DNA of 64,000 nt from Treponema sp. (GTDB taxonomy: Bacteria > Spirochaetota > Spirochaetia > Treponematales > Treponemataceae): the NCBI GenBank assembly GCA_017446265.1, contig JAFSRD010000037.1:263-64262 (forward strand), read 5' to 3'. This document shows, piece after piece, positions 37,317 to 46,619 of this stretch. Every line of letters starts with the position of its first letter. The stretch's first letter is position 1. A program made the position numbers and the translations under genes. The notes below the pieces were generated by a model. That model worked only from the letters and a program-made list of their open reading frames with translations, was not told the DNA's origin and searched no databases.

Positions 37317-39296
37317 ATGAAAAACCGCGTATCACTTTTTTTATTAATTTTATCTGCAAACATTTTTGCGCAAGGGGCACCTATGTACAAGGAAGCAACT
37401 ATTCCGCTAAAAAATGTAACGCTCTATTCGTCGGGCGTGGCATACTATGAGCACGAGGGAAGCGCGTCTGGCTCTACGAGTGTAGACATGACGTTTACGC
37501 CGCAGCAAATCAACGACGTTTTAAAGTCGCTCGTGGTTGCGGACTCTGGCGCAAAAAGCATTACAGTAACGTATCAGTCTGAAGACGCGCTGCAAAAAAT
37601 TCTTGAGAGCTTGAGTGTTGATGTAAGCAGCGGCACAGATTTGGCAAGTTTGCTGAACGCGCAAAAAGGCGCGGAAATTGAAGTGAGCGCGCGTGAAACG
37701 ATAACGGGAAAAATCTTGACTGTAGACAGAAACAACAAAGAAGGCAGCGACGGCACTATTTCGCTTGCTGCACAAGACGGCGTGCACGTCATTCCGCTTA
37801 AAGAAGTGCGTCGCTTTCAGTTTACAGACACAAAACGCAACGAAGATTTGAACACGGCGCTCAATCTCATTTTGAATGCGTCGAGCAGTACAAAAAAGCA
37901 TTTGGGAATCAACATAGAAGCGAGCGGAAACCGCACAGTGCGCTTTGCGTACGTTATGGAAGCGCCTGTATGGAAGCCAACATATCGCATAGACATGAGC
38001 GGCAACAAAGCGGAGTTTCAAGCGTGGGCAATTATCGATAACTCGACAGACATAGATTGGCAAAACATCAAACTCACGCTCACAACAGGTCGCCCCGTAG
38101 GATTTAAGCAAGATTTGTATCCGCCGTACTATACGTACCGTCCCACATTGCCGCTCATGGTGGGGCAAGCAGCGGAAGTTGTTTCTTACGAGTCGGACTA
38201 CGAAATGGTGCAAGAGGAGGCTGTTGCAATGGCAGCTCCACGCGTGATGATGAGCAAGGCAGCAACAGCAGATGCAGCTAACGGCTCAAATTCGTGGCAG
38301 GAGCGTGTAGGCCAAAATGTAACGACTTCGGCAAGCACGGACGACATGTTTTCATTTACGCCTGCAAAGCCTGTCACAATCAACAGGCAGGAGAGCGTCG
38401 TCATTCCGATTGCAGTTGTAAACATGAATGCAGAAAAGTTTTCTGTATTTTCAAACATGCAGCTGCAAAAAAGCGTGCATCCAAAATTGTGCTTGCGCAT
38501 AGAAAATAAAACGGACATGAAATTTCCCGCAGGTCCTATTTCTGTTTCTGGAGAAGGCACCTATGCAGGCGATGCAGTGCTCGAATTTTTGCCGGCTGGC
38601 GAAACGCGCTTAATCGGGTATGGCGACGACATGGAAGTGAGCGGCAGTCTTACGCGAGAAACAAAGCGCACGGTAGATACGGTAAAAATCACTGGCGGCA
38701 TTTTATACATCACTACAAAGCGCGTGTATGATGCAACTTATGCGGTAAAAAATTCTGCTGCAAAAGAGAAAAGCGTTATCATTGAGCACGCTATTGCGGG
38801 AAATCGCACGCTTGCCACAACGAAAGAGTTGATCGAGAAAACGCCGTCGTTGTATCGCTTTAAAATCACTGTGAATAAAAATGCAGGAAGCACATTGCTC
38901 GTGAGCGAGACAGAACTTTCTGAGTCTACTGTTGCATTGAGCAAGATGAGTTCAAATGACTACATTTCGTACAGCACAAACAGTGAAATGCCGCGCGCAG
39001 TTCGCAAAGCGTTTGAAGATATTGCCGCAAGAAAAGCAAAAGTTGATGAAGCGCGCGCTGAGCACAACACGTTCATTGCAGAGCAAAAAAGTTTGAGCGA
39101 AGAGCAGGAGCGCGTGCGAAAAAATCTTGAGGCAGTGAACGCGGACACAACGCAGGGCAGGCAATTCCTCGACAAATTGATGAACCTTGAAAATGAGCTT
39201 GACGCACTCAAAACAAAAACCGCACAGAGCCAGACGAATCTTACAAAACTGGAAAATGATTTTGCCGACTACTTGAAAAACGTGAAAGTCGGTTGA
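37317..39296 (+). CDS. DUF4139-like secreted protein with C-terminal coiled coil
   Basis: Signal peptide MKNRVSLFLLILSANIFAQ. The large beta-rich body resembles DUF4139/MuiA-type proteins (by recollection). The C-terminus is heptad-like. Confidence 0.7.
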   Translation: MKNRVSLFLLILSANIFAQGAPMYKEATIPLKNVTLYSSGVAYYEHEGSASGSTSVDMTFTPQQINDVLKSLVVADSGAKSITVTYQSEDALQKILESLSVDVSSGTDLASLLNAQKGAEIEVSARETITGKILTVDRNNKEGSDGTISLAAQDGVHVIPLKEVRRFQFTDTKRNEDLNTALNLILNASSSTKKHLGINIEASGNRTVRFAYVMEAPVWKPTYRIDMSGNKAEFQAWAIIDNSTDIDWQNIKLTLTTGRPVGFKQDLYPPYYTYRPTLPLMVGQAAEVVSYESDYEMVQEEAVAMAAPRVMMSKAATADAANGSNSWQERVGQNVTTSASTDDMFSFTPAKPVTINRQESVVIPIAVVNMNAEKFSVFSNMQLQKSVHPKLCLRIENKTDMKFPAGPISVSGEGTYAGDAVLEFLPAGETRLIGYGDDMEVSGSLTRETKRTVDTVKITGGILYITTKRVYDATYAVKNSAAKEKSVIIEHAIAGNRTLATTKELIEKTPSLYRFKITVNKNAGSTLLVSETELSESTVALSKMSSNDYISYSTNSEMPRAVRKAFEDIAARKAKVDEARAEHNTFIAEQKSLSEEQERVRKNLEAVNADTTQGRQFLDKLMNLENELDALKTKTAQSQTNLTKLENDFADYLKNVKVG

Positions 39297-39356
39297 GCGT
39301 GGTGCGCGGTAAACGCATGCGGTCGTGGTTACGTGCTGTGAACATGCTGTATGCTG

Positions 39357-40739
39357 TCATGCGCTCACTGCGTTTTCAGCAGCAAGATTATGCAGCCATT
39401 TTTCTTTTTGCAGCCACAGCGATGCAACTGCCACTTTTTCCAAATCTGACAATTTGACAATTGCGTACATGGCAACAGGACCGAGCGTTGTAAAATAGGT
39501 GAGCAAAAACATGCCCGGTACAAAAATTAATAAATTGGCAGTTAAATCTACGATGGCTCCCATTGCTGTGTCGCCGCCTGTACGCGAGATTGAAAACTGT
39601 GCGTTTAAAAGGCACCATAGCGGCATGTACGCTGCCATTGTGAACACAACGCCCCGCGAAATTGCGCGCGCTGCGCTGCTTAGGTTTGCGAACACAAGCG
39701 GAATGAACAGCGTGCTTGCAAAACCGAGCAGCATGACGAATATGCCGAATACACATGCCCCGTTTGTTATCCAGACTTTTTGCGCGCGCACGCTGTCGAG
39801 TTTGCCTGCTCCGAGCGTCATGCCCATGACAACGCCTGTTGCCGTATAAATGCCGCTTAAACTTACAAAAAACAAATTGGCAATAGTAAAGCCCGCCGCC
39901 ATGCCCGAAACTATTTCAGCTCCTCCGCGAGAGTTATATAGCGCAGTTGCAACTGTCTCTGAAAGCACCCATGACATCTCTGATATGGCAATCATCGCTG
40001 ATTTTGCTAAAATCGTAAACGCAAGTTTTTGTTGCACGCTCACAATGTCGCGCACGGTGCCGACAAAATCTGGTTTTTTCACAATGACGTATACGATAAA
40101 TGCAATCATTTCTGCTGTGCGCGCAATAATCGTTGCAACTGCTGCGCCTGTTACTTCAAGACGTGGCGCGCCGAAATGCCCGTAAATGAGAATATAGTTG
40201 CCGATTGTGTTTACAAGCGTTGCCGTCACCGAAATTATCAACGGCACATGCACTTCGCCTGTCTCTCGCAGCGACGACGAGATTGAAACTGACACTGCGA
40301 ACGGAATCCATGTCCATGCAAGAACACGCTCGTATGTTGCCGCCTGCACGATGATTTCTTGTGCCGCTGCATTGCCGCGCACCATGAGTGCAAGTACAGG
40401 GGCAGGATTTGTCGCGCAAAACAGCGTGAACGCAATTGCAGGAACGAGCGTTGCAATGAGCTTGTAGCTGAACACCTGACGCATGCCGCCTTTGTCGCCT
40501 GCACCTTTATATTGCGACATGAATATGCCGCCGCCTGCGCAGAGCACGCCATTGACGAGCACGAGTATGATAAAATTGATTTGCCCCGCAACGTTTACGC
40601 CAGACATTTTTATATCGCCAAGTCCTGCAACCATAAAGTTGTCGATGAGCGAGACAAGATTTTGAATGAAAAGCTGCGCCATTACAGGAAGCGCAATAGA
40701 AAGCATCCGCCTGTAAAACGAAGAAGAACCAAAGTGCAT
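39357..40739 (-). CDS. MATE-family efflux transporter
   Basis: 460 aa, 12 predicted TM helices, typical MATE N-terminus (..LSIALPVMAQLFIQNLVSLIDNFMVAGLG..). Confidence 0.9.
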   Translation of the reverse strand: MHFGSSSFYRRMLSIALPVMAQLFIQNLVSLIDNFMVAGLGDIKMSGVNVAGQINFIILVLVNGVLCAGGGIFMSQYKGAGDKGGMRQVFSYKLIATLVPAIAFTLFCATNPAPVLALMVRGNAAAQEIIVQAATYERVLAWTWIPFAVSVSISSSLRETGEVHVPLIISVTATLVNTIGNYILIYGHFGAPRLEVTGAAVATIIARTAEMIAFIVYVIVKKPDFVGTVRDIVSVQQKLAFTILAKSAMIAISEMSWVLSETVATALYNSRGGAEIVSGMAAGFTIANLFFVSLSGIYTATGVVMGMTLGAGKLDSVRAQKVWITNGACVFGIFVMLLGFASTLFIPLVFANLSSAARAISRGVVFTMAAYMPLWCLLNAQFSISRTGGDTAMGAIVDLTANLLIFVPGMFLLTYFTTLGPVAMYAIVKLSDLEKVAVASLWLQKEKWLHNLAAENAVSA

Positions 40740-40829
40740 ACATTTCCCTCTGGTGATATATTGTAGTCAAAAGCAATTATATTGTACAGAGTACGGATGC
40801 TTTCATGTACAGATGTTCGTGCCAGTAAT

Positions 40830-41774
40830 ATGGAACGCATGCTATTTGCCAAAAATAGTAAAAAAGTGTATGGTAGTGGCATGTGGCGATATATCGGCAT
40901 TGTTCCGCACAAAGTGCAGGACGGATTTGTGCATGCGGCAAAACGCATTTTGTTGATTTGCCTTGCGGCAGTTATTTCTGCTGCGAATATGAATGCTTTT
41001 GTTCGTGCAGGCAATTTGTTTCCCGGCGGCTTTACAGGGCTTGCTTTGCTCATTCAGCATACGGCTCGAAACTATTTTGACATATCGCTGCCATTCAGTT
41101 TTATTGTTCTTGTCTTGAATGTAGTTCCAATCATTATAGCGTTTAAATTTATTGGAAAATGGTTTACGCTGTATTCGTGCTTGATGGTTGTGCTCTCTTC
41201 CGTACTCGTTGATATTTTTCCCAGTTTTAATATTACTGATGACGTGCTGCTTTCTGCTGTATTTGGTGGACTCATCTCCGCGTTTGCAGGCTACTTGTGT
41301 TTGTACGCTAAGGCTACTGGTGGCGGTACTGATTTGATTGCAATATTTATTTCTGAACGGTGTGGCAAAGATGCATGGAACTACATATTTGCATTCAACG
41401 CCGCAATTTTATGCGCTGCGGGATTTTTGTTCGGGTGGGAACGGGCGCTCTATTCAATTTTTTTCCAATTCACTGCAACGCAGCTTATGTATGCAGTATA
41501 TAAACGCTACCAAAAAGCAACACTGCTTGTGATTACAAACAAATCGCAGGAAATTTATACGGCAATCAGCGAGTTTACGCATCACGATGCAACGCTGTTC
41601 AAAGGTTCTGGTTGCTATCAAGGTGCGGAACGCGACATGCTCTATTCTGTTGTCTCAGGCGATGAAGTGCGCCAGTTGACGAGCAAAATCAAAGAGATTG
41701 ATGCAAAAGCATTTATCAATATTTTGCACAGTGAGCAGGTGCTCGGACGATTTTACATGCGTCCGAACGATTAA
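40830..41774 (+). CDS. YitT-family membrane protein (DUF2179 C-terminal domain)
   Basis: Multi-TM N-terminus plus a C-terminal ..ATLFKGSGCYQGAERDMLYSVVSGDEVRQL..-type domain. Confidence 0.85.
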   Translation: MERMLFAKNSKKVYGSGMWRYIGIVPHKVQDGFVHAAKRILLICLAAVISAANMNAFVRAGNLFPGGFTGLALLIQHTARNYFDISLPFSFIVLVLNVVPIIIAFKFIGKWFTLYSCLMVVLSSVLVDIFPSFNITDDVLLSAVFGGLISAFAGYLCLYAKATGGGTDLIAIFISERCGKDAWNYIFAFNAAILCAAGFLFGWERALYSIFFQFTATQLMYAVYKRYQKATLLVITNKSQEIYTAISEFTHHDATLFKGSGCYQGAERDMLYSVVSGDEVRQLTSKIKEIDAKAFINILHSEQVLGRFYMRPND

Positions 41775-41825
41775 TTTCAAAGCAGCCTGTTCTGAAACTG
41801 ATGTTTCCGAACAGGTTTAATAATT
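41772..41825 (+). repeat. REP-like palindromic element, copy 4 (core 41786-41815)
   Basis: taatttcaaagcagCCTGTTCtgaaactgatgtttccGAACAGGtttaataatt. The leading TAA is the stop codon of the YitT gene. Confidence 0.85.
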
Positions 41826-41844
41826 TTGTATACGGTGTGAACAT

Positions 41845-43002
41845 ATGAAAAAAATACGATTGCGCAAGGTAATATTTTTACTAATTGCACTCGGTGTTGC
41901 AGCATTCATTGCATACAGCATTTTGTTCCCAAGCGGTTTTGATGACGGCGCAACGTATATTTCGTATAAAGAATTTTATGAAAGTGTAGAACAAGGCAGC
42001 GTTGAAACTGCAACACTGCGCGAAAAGAAAATCATGTTTACAAAGCGCAATGACAGCACTGTGTACGCAACTGAAAATCCAGACTCGCCGCTCCTCAAAG
42101 AATTGCTCATGCGGCACGGTGTTGCGGTGCATGAAAGTGTGAGTGTGGAAAAAATTATCTATAAGATTTTAGACTACTCGTTTTACATAATTTTTTTCGT
42201 GGTGTTGTTTGTGCTTTTCAAGCGATTCATAAGTCCGTCCACATTCCGTGTTGTGCGAAAAACAGGCGTTACATTTAAAGATGTCGTGGGCATGGAAAAT
42301 GTAAAGCGCGACATGACGCAAGTGCTCGACATAATGCTGCATCCTGAAAACTACAAAAAGCGCGGCATTCGCATGCCCAAAGGCATTCTTCTTGAAGGCG
42401 CGCCTGGCAACGGCAAAACGCTTTTTGCGCGCGCGCTTGCAGGAGAAGCGCACGTCAATTTTATTCCCGCAAAAGCGACAGATTTTGAAAGCATGTTCAT
42501 GGCAATTGGTCCTGCGAAGGTGAAGTTGCTTTTTAGAAAGGCACGCAAGTGCGCGCCATGCATTGTGTTCATTGACGAGTTTGACGGCATCGGCACGCGC
42601 AGAAATTATTCTGGTTCTGCAATTGAAACAGAAAATACGCGTATTGTAACAGCGCTTTTAAACGAACTTGATGGATTCCAGACGGCGAGCGGCATTCTCG
42701 TGCTTGCTGCTACAAACAGCATTCACGCGCTCGACGAAGCGTTGATTCGTCCTGGCCGATTCGACGCACGCTTTGCAGTGCCGTATCCGGATGAGGCTGC
42801 TCGGCGCAAACTTGTGGAGATGTATTCGCGCAAAAAAACGCACAGCGCAGAGTGTACAAGCGAGACGCTTGCAAAGCTATTTTCAGGGTTTTCGTGCGCA
42901 AAAATAGAATCTGTTTTAAACCGTGCGTCGCTCATCGCTTCTCAAAACGGCAAAGACGCATTTACGCTCGACGATGTACGCGCCGCAATAATGGAACAAT
43001 AG
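41845..43002 (+). CDS. membrane-anchored FtsH-like AAA+ ATPase lacking a protease domain
   Basis: Two TM segments, Walker A GAPGNGKT, Walker B VFIDEFD, second region of homology ATN..ALDEALIRPGRFD. The ORF ends about 60 aa after the AAA module with no HEXXH. Confidence 0.85.
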   Translation: MKKIRLRKVIFLLIALGVAAFIAYSILFPSGFDDGATYISYKEFYESVEQGSVETATLREKKIMFTKRNDSTVYATENPDSPLLKELLMRHGVAVHESVSVEKIIYKILDYSFYIIFFVVLFVLFKRFISPSTFRVVRKTGVTFKDVVGMENVKRDMTQVLDIMLHPENYKKRGIRMPKGILLEGAPGNGKTLFARALAGEAHVNFIPAKATDFESMFMAIGPAKVKLLFRKARKCAPCIVFIDEFDGIGTRRNYSGSAIETENTRIVTALLNELDGFQTASGILVLAATNSIHALDEALIRPGRFDARFAVPYPDEAARRKLVEMYSRKKTHSAECTSETLAKLFSGFSCAKIESVLNRASLIASQNGKDAFTLDDVRAAIMEQ

Positions 43003-43139
43003 CGCATCACAATATTGACTGTCTTTATGAAAGCAAACATGGCGTATGCTGCTGCTTGTTCCATTGTTGATTTCCGTGCCGCTTGTTCCGTAGCTCTTGC
43101 GAGTAAAACAACTATATTGTACAATAGTTCATCATTAAA

Positions 43140-43168
43140 CCTGTTCGATAACGAAGTTGTCAAACAGG
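43140..43168 (-). repeat. REP-like palindromic element, degenerate copy 6
   Basis: CCTGTTCgataacgaagttgtcaAACAGG preceded by attaaa, as in copy 5. One stem mismatch and a divergent loop. Confidence 0.55.
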
Positions 43169-43233
43169 GCAATTATTTTGCCCGCATCAAAATTCGTGCA
43201 TCTTGAGTTTCTGGGCACACGAAAAGGAAAGCT

Positions 43234-44073
43234 ATGTTCACTATTTTGGAAAAACGGGAACTTTCTCCGGGCGTATTTTATATGAAGCTCACTGCGCCAG
43301 AAATTGCGCGCAACCGCAAAGCTGGGCAATTTATTATTGTACAAGTAGACGACAATTACGGTGAGCGCGTTCCGCTTACAATTGCTGACGCACATGCAGA
43401 CGAAGGATGGATTGCGCTCGTGTTTCAAGCGGTAGGCGCTACAACATACGCGCTTTCACAAAAGAAAGCAGGCGACGTTCTTCCAGTGCTTCTCGGACCG
43501 CTTGGAAATCCGTCTGCAATACGCACATATGACAAGCCAGTTGTCGTTGTGGGGGGCGGGTTTGGCGTTGCGCCATGCTATCCAATTGTGCAGGCGCTCA
43601 AAGCAGCAGGCAACAAAGTGATTATGATAATCGGTGCGCGCAACAAAGATTTGTTAATTTTTGTTGACGAGATGAAATCTGTTGCAGACGAGGTTGTCAT
43701 CATGACTGACGACGGCAGTGCGGGGCGCAAGGGACTTGTCACTGTGCCGCTTGAAGAGTTGTGCACATCGGAAACGCCGCCTGCAGAAGTGATTGCAATC
43801 GGTCCTCCTATTATGATGAAGTTTGCATGCAAGACGACAGAGCAATACAACATTCCGACAACTGTTTCTCTCAACACTATTATGATTGACGGAACGGGCA
43901 TGTGCGGCGGCTGTAGAGCGCGTGTCGGCGGCGAAACAAAATTTGTGTGTGTTGACGGTCCCGATTTTGACGGACACAAAGTTGACTGGGACAACATGAT
44001 GATGCGCATGGGCACATTCAAATCAAAAGAGGCTGAAGCGTTTCACAAGTGCAAACTCGAAAGCGCGTGCTAA
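43234..44073 (+). CDS. NfnA/SudB-like FAD/NAD(P)-binding ferredoxin-NADP reductase subunit
   Basis: 279 aa with a C-terminal [2Fe-2S] motif GTGMCGGCR...FVCVDGPDF. Adjacent to the GltD-like subunit. Confidence 0.85.
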   Translation: MFTILEKRELSPGVFYMKLTAPEIARNRKAGQFIIVQVDDNYGERVPLTIADAHADEGWIALVFQAVGATTYALSQKKAGDVLPVLLGPLGNPSAIRTYDKPVVVVGGGFGVAPCYPIVQALKAAGNKVIMIIGARNKDLLIFVDEMKSVADEVVIMTDDGSAGRKGLVTVPLEELCTSETPPAEVIAIGPPIMMKFACKTTEQYNIPTTVSLNTIMIDGTGMCGGCRARVGGETKFVCVDGPDFDGHKVDWDNMMMRMGTFKSKEAEAFHKCKLESAC

Positions 44074-44086
44074 TAGGATTGTACAA

Positions 44087-45598
44087 ATGGAAGAGTATAT
44101 TTTATCGGGAGAACTTGCTGAGCAAGCAAAAAAACAATATGACGAGTTGCAAAAAAACAGCGCGCCGCTCTCTCAAAAAGACAGGCTGACGCTTCCGCAG
44201 CAGGAAATGCCTGTGCGTGATGCAAAACAACGCGCGCACGAAATGGAAGAAGTTGCGCTCGGTTACACAAAAGAACAGGCTGTGGTGGAAGCGCAACGCT
44301 GTTTGCAGTGTAAAAATGAGCCGTGCGTTAACGGCTGCCCCGTAGGCGTGCAAATACCTTCGTTTATTGCGCATATTCAAAAGGGCGATTTTAAAAGTGC
44401 AATCGATACAATCAAGCAGACGAACTTGCTGCCTGCAATTTGCGGTCGCGTATGCCCGCAGGAAAAGCAGTGTCAAAAGGAATGCACTGTTGGAAAGATT
44501 CACAAAACTGTAGAGAAAGCTGTTTCAATCGGCAGGCTTGAGCGGTTTGTTGCAGATTGGGAGCGTGAAAACAACAAGGTGACGCTTCCTGACGTTGCAA
44601 AACGAACTGGCAAAAGAGTTGCAGTTATCGGCTCTGGACCTGCGGGACTCACCGTTGCTGCTGACTGCGCCCGTGCAGGGCACGATGTAACAGTGTTCGA
44701 TGCGCTGCACAAACCAGGCGGCGTCATGCTGTATGGCATTCCCGAATTCCGTCTGCCAAAAGCGATTGTTGCAGATGAAGTTGAAAATTTGAAAAAGCTT
44801 GGCGTGCAGTTTGAAATGAATTTTCTCGTCGGCAGAACAGATACGCTTGACCAGTTGTTGAGCGAAAAACATTTTGACGCTGCCTTTGTGGGCACGGGCG
44901 CAGGCTTGCCAAAATTTTTCGACATTCCTGGTGAAAATTTAATTGGCGTGTTCAGCGCAAACGAATACCTTGCTCGCGCCAATTTGATGAAGGCATATGA
45001 ACAAGACAAAGCTGCAACACCGTATTATGACGCAAAGCACGTAGTTGTGTGCGGCGGCGGCAACGTTGCAATGGACGCGTCACGTATGGCGCTTCGGCTC
45101 GGTGCAGAGAGCGTCACTGTTGTGTACAGGCGTACGCGCGATGAAATGCCTGCACGTAAAGAAGAAGTTGCACACGCGGAAGAAGAGGGCGTTGTGTTCC
45201 GCTTTCTTGAAAGCCCTGTAGAAGTGCTCGGCGTTGAAAGCGACGATAGAAGCGTGAATGGAAAAGTGCGCGCTATAAAAGCGTTAAGCTACGAGCTTGG
45301 CGAGCCAGACAGTTCTGGGCGCAGGAGTCCTGTTGCAATAAAAGGCAGCGAGCACGAAATTGCATGCGATGCGCTTATCGTCGCGCTTGGTAATGGCAGC
45401 AATCCGCTCTTGGTGCGCACAACGCCCGGACTAGATGCAGACAAAAAAGGCCACATCACTGTTGACGAAAAGCAGGCGACGAGCAAGACAAAAGTATGGG
45501 CGGGCGGCGATATTGTGCTTGGCGCTGCCACAGTGATTCTTGCAATGGGCGAAGGACGCAAGGCTGCAGCAAGCATAAACGAGTATTTGGCAAAATGA
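44087..45598 (+). CDS. NfnB/GltD-like NADPH-dependent oxidoreductase (glutamate synthase small-chain family)
   Basis: CLQCKNEPCVNGCP, CGRVCPQEKQC, GSGPAG, VVCGGGNVAMD. Confidence 0.9.
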   Translation: MEEYILSGELAEQAKKQYDELQKNSAPLSQKDRLTLPQQEMPVRDAKQRAHEMEEVALGYTKEQAVVEAQRCLQCKNEPCVNGCPVGVQIPSFIAHIQKGDFKSAIDTIKQTNLLPAICGRVCPQEKQCQKECTVGKIHKTVEKAVSIGRLERFVADWERENNKVTLPDVAKRTGKRVAVIGSGPAGLTVAADCARAGHDVTVFDALHKPGGVMLYGIPEFRLPKAIVADEVENLKKLGVQFEMNFLVGRTDTLDQLLSEKHFDAAFVGTGAGLPKFFDIPGENLIGVFSANEYLARANLMKAYEQDKAATPYYDAKHVVVCGGGNVAMDASRMALRLGAESVTVVYRRTRDEMPARKEEVAHAEEEGVVFRFLESPVEVLGVESDDRSVNGKVRAIKALSYELGEPDSSGRRSPVAIKGSEHEIACDALIVALGNGSNPLLVRTTPGLDADKKGHITVDEKQATSKTKVWAGGDIVLGAATVILAMGEGRKAAASINEYLAK

Positions 45599-45623
45599 AA
45601 TTTGTGCCGATAATGTAATAACT

Positions 45624-46484
45624 ATGGCAAATGACAATAAAAAAAAGAACACTGGTTTTGCGTTTGCGTGCTGGCTGCTTGTGGCACTCATTTTGCTCGT
45701 GTTCTTTTTTGTTAAAAAAGATACTATTCTTTCAAACTTGCAAAACACTGATTTTTTTGGACGCGTGTTTGGCAAAACGCCTGAGTTCGTACAAAATCAC
45801 GAGCAAAAGCAACAGGCGGGCAACGGCATGCTGCACATAGACGTGCTGCCCGAAACAGAGCCTGCAAACGAGACAACACATGCAAATGTGATGCCGCTTT
45901 CTGTTCCCAATCTGGCAACTGATGCTGTGCCTGAACGCGAGGTTGTCCGTACAGAGCAAAAATCTGAAACAGTCGCGCGCGAAGAAAAAAAAGAAGCGAG
46001 TAGTGCGGCAAAGGCTGAAACAAAACGGGAAGTTCAAACGCCCACTCAAAAATCGGTTGCTACGACGAATGCCGAGCTTTGTTTTGTGGTAATCGGTTCT
46101 GATGGTTCTGTGAGCCGCAAGATTGTGACGCGCCAACTGGCAAAATCAAATTCGCCGCTCACCGATTCAATCAATGCGCTGCTTTCAGGTCCTACTGCGC
46201 AAGAGCGCGCCACAAACGCGATGACGCTTATTCCCGAAGGCACGCGGCTGCTCGGCGCAAGCGTTGCAAACGGCATTGCCACGCTCAACTTTAGCGAAGA
46301 GTTTACGTTTAATCCTGTTGGTGTGCAGGGCTATCTTGCAGAACTTATGCAGATTGTGTATACTGCCACTTCGTTCAGCACAGTGAACAGCGTGCAGTTT
46401 GTTGTTGAAGGGCAGCGAGAGGATTACCTTGGCAGCGAAGGCACCTGGATAGGCTCTCCGCTTTCACGTTCGAGTTTTAATTAA
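45624..46484 (+). CDS. GerMN-domain protein with N-terminal membrane anchor
   Basis: TM helix then a low-complexity linker. The C-terminal ..LIPEGTRLLGASVANGIATLNFSEEF..VQFVVEGQ.. fits GerMN. Confidence 0.75.
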   Translation: MANDNKKKNTGFAFACWLLVALILLVFFFVKKDTILSNLQNTDFFGRVFGKTPEFVQNHEQKQQAGNGMLHIDVLPETEPANETTHANVMPLSVPNLATDAVPEREVVRTEQKSETVAREEKKEASSAAKAETKREVQTPTQKSVATTNAELCFVVIGSDGSVSRKIVTRQLAKSNSPLTDSINALLSGPTAQERATNAMTLIPEGTRLLGASVANGIATLNFSEEFTFNPVGVQGYLAELMQIVYTATSFSTVNSVQFVVEGQREDYLGSEGTWIGSPLSRSSFN

Positions 46485-46565
46485 TAAACTGCTGCTAAAA
46501 ATTGGAATTTTTCTAGAAAATTTTGAAAAGACGCGAGTTTTTGCGCTCTCGTCTTATCTTTCCAA

Positions 46566-46619
46566 AATTATTAAACCTGTTCGGAGGTGCCAGTTTCAGA
46601 ACAGGTTGCTTTGAAATTA
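46566..46619 (-). repeat. REP-like palindromic element, copy 5 (inverted orientation; core 46576-46605)
   Basis: The reverse complement reads taatttcaaagcaaCCTGTTCtgaaactggcacctccGAACAGGtttaataatt. Its TAA (46617-46619) is the stop codon of the reverse-strand gene. Confidence 0.85.

Noticed and set aside
10365-46619. REP-like copies considered as a CRISPR array or its remnants
   Set aside because: The copies are dispersed over 36 kb, occur singly and in both orientations, and are internally palindromic with no regular spacer periodicity. No cas genes are present.
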